In this document: one piece after another, positions 59,492 to 64,000 of the stretch | Layout of the letters: every line of letters starts with the position of its first letter | Numbering within the stretch: position 1 is the stretch's first letter | From: an uncultured Clostridia bacterium | Lineage (GTDB): Bacteria > Bacillota > Clostridia > TANB77 > CAG-508 | Length of the DNA: 64,000 nucleotides | Assembly (NCBI GenBank): GCA_963559065.1 | Contig: CAUWIY010000002.1 | Span: 70,002-134,001 of the forward strand | Direction of reading: 5' to 3' | Position numbers and translations under genes: made by a program | Notes under the pieces: generated by a model | The model's database searches: none | What the model saw: only the letters and a program-made list of their open reading frames with translations | Told to the model about the DNA's origin: nothing

Positions 59492-59897
59492 TTTACTCTC
59501 CTTTATTCTCTTGTATAATTTATGTTTTTCTACATGTATTCTTACATTTTTATTTTTTAAAGTCAAACATAAAAGTTAGACAGTTTTCTACTTTTATCAT
59601 GTTTATTTTTGATTATTAATTGCGTATATATTTTAGCATACTTTTCAGAAATTACAACACATATATAACTTTTTATTATATTTTTTTGTTTATAATTTAA
59701 GTTTATAAATATTAATGTTTTGTTATTTAATTAGGTACTGATAAAAAGTAATTAGAGAGATTGAAATACTCCATTCTCTCTAATTTTACACCTATTAAAA
59801 TATTTCTGTTTAAAATTCATTGTGTTAATTTAATTCTATTTCTCCATCATTAATATTTCTTTGTTAAATATTGTTACATCTGGAAATTTTTCATTGT

Positions 59898-59980
59898 AGT
59901 TATCTACAACTTTTTGATTTTTTTACAATTTATACAAATATCAATCAATTTGTTAAAGTATATCACAGTTTTTATAAATT
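59898..59980. repeat. copy A of an about 83-nt dispersed repeat (decayed small-ORF 5' end)
   Basis: About 80 percent identical by eye to 62003-62086. On the minus strand it reads (V)IYFNKLIDICIN..., then shifts frame to QKVVDNYNEKFPDV. Confidence 0.6.
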
Positions 59981-60011
59981 GCAATAAAATTATTATAAAA
60001 TTATAAAAATA

Positions 60012-60051
60012 AATATAAAAAACTCTAACTGTCATAAACAATTAGAGTTTT
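60012..60051 (-). terminator. intrinsic terminator after the 135-aa gene
   Basis: Stem AAAACTCTAA/TTAGAGTTTT (60019-60028 / 60042-60051). T-run on the minus strand. Confidence 0.55.
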
Positions 60052-60089
60052 GTTTAAAGAAGTTTTCATATCACTATTTAGTGGTTGCC

Positions 60090-60497
60090 TTACCCATTAG
60101 GATACAAGTCCTTAATGCTTGGTTCGAGATTTTCATAATCAAACGCTTCTCTTAAATTAATCTCGCCATCAATCCTTAAACCTGCAATTTCTTTTATGCC
60201 ATTCTGTCCACAATTAATGTACTCATAATAATTTTTCAAGTCTGTACACAAAATCATTGCTCGGCCTTTTAGGAGAGAATTTAATACTTCTACTTCATCT
60301 CCAACCAGCGGTCCGATTAATCTTTTTTCCCGTTCTTCTTTAGAGATTATGGCGTTTATAAATCTCTTTGCATCTTTTTTAAAGATTTGCAACGGACATT
60401 TTCGGCCAGCTCCATAGAAAATATCTACTAATGCTGCATTGTCTTTGTTTGTTTCAAAACCATCGATTGAATAATGATAAAAAGCTCTGTCTCTCAT
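60090..60497 (-). CDS. hypothetical protein (135 aa)
   Basis: Clean ORF, visibly less AT-rich than its flanks. No recognised motif. Confidence 0.5.
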   Translation of the reverse strand: MRDRAFYHYSIDGFETNKDNAALVDIFYGAGRKCPLQIFKKDAKRFINAIISKEEREKRLIGPLVGDEVEVLNSLLKGRAMILCTDLKNYYEYINCGQNGIKEIAGLRIDGEINLREAFDYENLEPSIKDLYPNG

Positions 60498-60735
60498 ATG
60501 AATACTTCCTTCCTTTCTTCTACATGCTTATATAAGTTACAATTATATTATATTATATTTTATGCAAATAGTCAAATTAAACCACTTTTCTAGTAATGTT
60601 AATTTTTATATTTTGATTGACTTATCATATCCAAAATACTATATTATTATACAAAGTTCTTATAACAAAAAATTAAATAAACAAGCCATTTCCAACATAA
60701 AATAGCTTGTTTGTTTTAGATGTTCTAAATTTGCT

Positions 60736-61521
60736 TTATAATTTTTCTACGACTTCGAGCCCTTTTCTTAAAGAATTGGCATGTGAACAAATCATATTGA
60801 TTGTCCGTGTGCTGTTTACTTTCTGGGAATTAAGTGGAACCAAACCATCACCATTAATTCGCATAATTTTGTCCCAAATAAATAATAACAAATCCATAAT
60901 ATCTTTACAACTGAATACATTTTTCAATGAAGATGTTATATTTATATGTTCTTTATAAGTAGCATCCTGCATGTTTTGGATAAACTGTGAATTTGGTATA
61001 ATGTCTCTATCTACATTATGATCACTAAAAATCATATTGTAAACTTTTTTGAGTATTCGAAACTTTAGCTTTTTTTCAATAGTTTCCTTATTTGCAATAA
61101 TTGTACCACCAAATGGTGTTGAAATAGTTACCAGTGTAATACCTTTTTCGCAGTAATGACTCGCATTATATAAGCATAATCCACATTTTGAATGACCAAC
61201 TAAAAAAATCTGCTCATACTCTTCTGATAAATTATTAACAAATTCGGCAATTTCTTTGCTAGATTCTTCTAATCCGGAACATTCAAAAGTAAAGTAAAAC
61301 GCATAAACAGCAGTTTCTTTACTTATTTTAGGTTGAAATTTGTGCATACATGGATTGTGCTTAGTAATCACATTGTTGACATCTACACTTAATGAATGTC
61401 CATTACCAATGATATAGCACCTTTTCCGCTCTTCTCCTTCTTGGATTCTTTGTATAACAACGTTTTCAGTTTTATATACAATTCCATCCATGATTTCATT
61501 TTTTAAAACAAATTGTTTCAT
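60736..61521 (-). CDS. alpha/beta-hydrolase-fold serine esterase/lipase-like protein
   Basis: Nucleophile-elbow-like LVGHSKCG, later GDGLVP and SHANS as Asp/His candidates. No signal peptide. Confidence 0.55.
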   Translation of the reverse strand: MKQFVLKNEIMDGIVYKTENVVIQRIQEGEERKRCYIIGNGHSLSVDVNNVITKHNPCMHKFQPKISKETAVYAFYFTFECSGLEESSKEIAEFVNNLSEEYEQIFLVGHSKCGLCLYNASHYCEKGITLVTISTPFGGTIIANKETIEKKLKFRILKKVYNMIFSDHNVDRDIIPNSQFIQNMQDATYKEHINITSSLKNVFSCKDIMDLLLFIWDKIMRINGDGLVPLNSQKVNSTRTINMICSHANSLRKGLEVVEKL

Positions 61522-62002
61522 CTAAGTTCCTCCTTTGCATTTGCAATAGTTGTTTTTTAATTTCCAAATTGGATTACTTCTATTATACTGCAAATTAATT
61601 CATTTTTTCAATAGTAGTATACATAAAAAATTATTAAGAGTGTATGTTAGTCAATAGTGTGAAACAAATTAATATATATCATTGAGTATTCTTTGATATA
61701 ACTGGCTATACATCAAGCAACTTACTATAATGAAACTGTCTGGTTTTCCAATAATCCTATTGTTGCATATCCAATTAACTTTTCTTGAAAAGGAAATTAG
61801 ATACTCAAGACTTGTATCAATATCAACATTTAGTGATATATCTTTGAGTTTGCTTAATGTCAACATTTTGCTCTAAAAAAGACCACTTCGTTTTTGAAAC
61901 GGTTTAAAGTTTTTGCGTTGTCAAATTCTTATAATCTTGAAACTAAGTTATATCAAGTATTATAGAGAATTCGACAAAAGCTCTCCATGGTGGCAACGAA
62001 GC

Positions 62003-62086
62003 AGTTATCTACAACTTTTTGTCTCTCTTGGGTGTTGATACAAATATCAATCAAGTTATTAAAGTATATCATAATTTTTATGAATT
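62003..62086. repeat. copy B of the about 83-nt dispersed repeat
   Basis: Matches 59898-59980. The minus-strand ORF 61953-62072 (MIYFNNLIDICINTQERQKVVDN..., 39 aa) has no RBS. Confidence 0.6.
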
Positions 62087-62106
62087 TCAGTAAATTATAA
62101 CAAATT

Positions 62107-62676
62107 TTATATGTTCAATTCATTTTTTACTTCATCTAATAATTGATTAAATATCATTTGTCTATTTTCAGATGTATCAATACATTTTATATTATATTTT
62201 TTACAATCACTTATAATTTTTTTCTCTATGTCTTTATAAAATTTAAAGTGATTTAATAATTCTTCATCTGACCTTCTAGTAGTCCATTCTTCTTTTGAAT
62301 CAAATTTTCTACAATTGTCTAAAATTTGTTCAGGAGATAATCTTTCAGTTACAAAATAATAAACTATCATATCTTTTAAATCAAAATATTTGAATAAATC
62401 TTCAGGCAAAATAGAATCTCCATTTATTATAAAGCCAAGATCTATTCCGTTTTTATTAATATTCTTTTGTATAAGTAAATTTAAAAATTCTGGCAATCTA
62501 TTTTCTTTTAAATTATCGTGAATAAATCCAATTGGAACATTGGGTACTGTTCTTTGTAATGAAGAAATAATCGTGTCAACTTCTATAATTTGATAATTTC
62601 TAAATTCTTTTTGTAGCATTTTTGAAAAAGTAGTCTTCCCAGTTCTACATATTCCAAGTATTATTATGTTTTTCAT
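62107..62676 (-). CDS. P-loop NTPase / kinase-like protein (paralog of 54871-55452)
   Basis: Walker A motif LGICRTGKTT. Same length and C-terminal CIDTS motif as its paralog. Starts 2 nt after the upstream stop. Confidence 0.6.
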   Translation of the reverse strand: MKNIIILGICRTGKTTFSKMLQKEFRNYQIIEVDTIISSLQRTVPNVPIGFIHDNLKENRLPEFLNLLIQKNINKNGIDLGFIINGDSILPEDLFKYFDLKDMIVYYFVTERLSPEQILDNCRKFDSKEEWTTRRSDEELLNHFKFYKDIEKKIISDCKKYNIKCIDTSENRQMIFNQLLDEVKNELNI

Positions 62677-62678
62677 TG

Positions 62679-63143
62679 TTATTCTCCTTTACTCATTTTT
62701 GCAGCTTGTTTTATTAATTCTTCTAATGAGTTTATTGGCTTTTTATTATATTCTAAAGTATATAACCAATCTAAATAGTTTGTCCTATAAGCACCATCTG
62801 GTCTACCATATATACATTTTTTACTCTTTAGCCAATATCCAAATTCTACATTTGTAGTTAGTCCTAACATTGATGGAAATTTTCTTGGTACCCAAAATAA
62901 TATTACATTTGAATTGATATAACAATCTCTTTCCCAAGATACTTGTTCATCTTTTGTTTTAAATACGGCGATTTCATTTTTTAGTTCAGGAACATACACA
63001 ACCCCATCATAACCAATATTTTGTAATATATCTAAAGCTTCTTTTCTCCAACTAGTTACTTTATTATTTCTAGGAGTTGGACCACATAATGATATTGCTT
63101 TTTTACCTTTTTCTATTGTATCTCCATAATATTTTACTTTCAT
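62679..63143 (-). CDS. nucleoside 2-deoxyribosyltransferase-like domain protein
   Basis: Rossmann-like ISLCGPTPR, VYVPE, and an acidic WERD...VILFWVP...TNVEFGYW pattern. The ATG at 63143 has a GAGGT RBS. The track ORF extends to 63212. Confidence 0.55.
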   Translation of the reverse strand: MKVKYYGDTIEKGKKAISLCGPTPRNNKVTSWRKEALDILQNIGYDGVVYVPELKNEIAVFKTKDEQVSWERDCYINSNVILFWVPRKFPSMLGLTTNVEFGYWLKSKKCIYGRPDGAYRTNYLDWLYTLEYNKKPINSLEELIKQAAKMSKGE

Positions 63144-63219
63144 ATATACCTCACTTCGTAATTTTTGAAAATAAGTCATCATATAGTTTATTACTATTAA
63201 GCCTTTGAACAAATTTTAT

Positions 63220-63628
63220 TTTATGTATAAATTTTTAAATTTAAATGATGTATCCCCTTTTATTCTAGGGCAACTTATTTCCATTGTTTCAAACCATTAT
63301 TTATTAATCATATGCTACAGTGCTAATATCCCATATAACTCTTCTTATTTTTCAGTACTATAATCATCTGTAAATATATTACAAAAATAATTACACAATT
63401 CGTTAGTATTTCTAATTCTACTTTCTAATTCATATTTTTAAATCATTAGTCTATAACTTACTGGATAAGTAGGAAGTATAGTTATTTTAGTATTATATTC
63501 GCATTTTGTAAATTGATAATTGTAACGGCTTCTAAATTTAATAACTTTTTTGATTTTAATACATATTCTAAAGCAATTCGGTTATCTATTTAATTATATA
63601 AATCTGTGTCCAATATTATATTTTTCAT
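63220..63628 (-). pseudogene. decayed stand-alone nucleoside hydrolase (IUNH) gene
   Basis: RBS AAAGGAAA, then MKNIILDTDLYN-stop. Later pieces IDNRIALEYVLKSKKLLNLEAVTI, RRVIWDISTVAYD and WFETMEISCPRIKG align to the intact IUNH domain at 58052-58900. They carry stops, frameshifts and large deletions. Confidence 0.6.
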
Positions 63629-64000
63629 AACCGTTTCCTTTATTAATTTACTAATATTATATCATATATTTTATAAAAAAAGAAGAAAATACTAGAATTT
63701 TAATAACATTTTAAAACAACTTATTATTTAGGGCTAATACTATTGAACAAATATAATGCAACTTTATTTTGTTCTGTTCACTTGAAATTTGTTTTATAAT
63801 GTTTACTATTAGTAAACAGAAGATGAAAAAGTAATAAATGATTATATCGTTGAACATCAAATAACTTGGAAAATAGTACTAAATATTTCAAGAATACTTG
63901 GATATTTTGTTTTATTTATTGCTAGCTTATTGATAATATGGACTCTATTTAAAATATTATTATTTTTAGTAACAATTGTCATGATTATTTATTCAAATTT

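Noticed and set aside
61669-61866. 65-aa minus-strand ORF from the track.
   Set aside because: It has no convincing RBS and no motif, and it lies in a region of decayed fragments. It is likely a remnant or spurious.
63795-64000. Plus-strand open frame at the right edge encoding a hydrophobic segment (…ITWKIVLNISRILGYFVLFIASLLIIWTLFKILLFLVTIVMIIYSN).
   Set aside because: There is no ATG/GTG/TTG start with an RBS near its beginning, and it runs off the window, so evidence is insufficient.

Overview
This is a very AT-rich segment (roughly a quarter GC by eye, not computed) from a Firmicute, probably a Clostridia-like spore former. All supported genes except dapA and one XRE regulator lie on the minus strand. 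No rRNA, tRNA, CRISPR array, transposase or integrase was seen.

- **1-24.8 kb:** one long co-directional cell-wall glycopolymer locus. It holds glf, about 11 GT2 glycosyltransferases (two of them double-domain), a Wzx flippase and a Wzm/Wzt ABC exporter. A methyltransferase/kinase-like/coiled-coil protein with the domain layout of WbdD sits in the same locus. There are also three polyprenyl-P GT2 plus GT-C (DUF2142-type) decoration modules, one GtrA, and a membrane-anchored MBL hydrolase.
- **24.9-32.4 kb:** a nine-repeat ChW protein with an M14-like peptidase, a frameshifted GT2 paralog, an S51 peptidase, and a coiled-coil protein with a tandem-repeat polyacidic tail.
- **32.6-53.3 kb:** mostly housekeeping genes. 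These are cysE (frameshifted), rusA, an rRNA m5C methyltransferase, dapA, rimO, rng, pth, dnaE, sleB-like, tsaD, an M50 protease, lysS, obg and trpS. Interrupting them are an orphan pilin-like gene with a divergent XRE regulator and one orphan hypothetical gene.
- **Intergenic inverted repeats:** several spacers in the housekeeping run are filled almost end to end by long inverted repeats of unique sequence. Perfect arms of 32-33 bp bracket promoter-like AT-rich spacers.
- **53.4-63.7 kb:** an accessory-looking region. It contains a diphtheria-toxin/PARP-like ADP-ribosyltransferase candidate with a small acidic partner. A nucleoside/nucleotide scavenging set follows: a HAD nucleotidase-nucleoside hydrolase fusion, a histidine phosphatase, a YgjV-like membrane protein, an MFS transporter, two paralogous P-loop kinases and a deoxyribosyltransferase-like protein. 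The region also carries a decayed nucleoside hydrolase pseudogene and short dispersed repeats.

Functional calls rest on motif recognition in the supplied translations. No database search was run.
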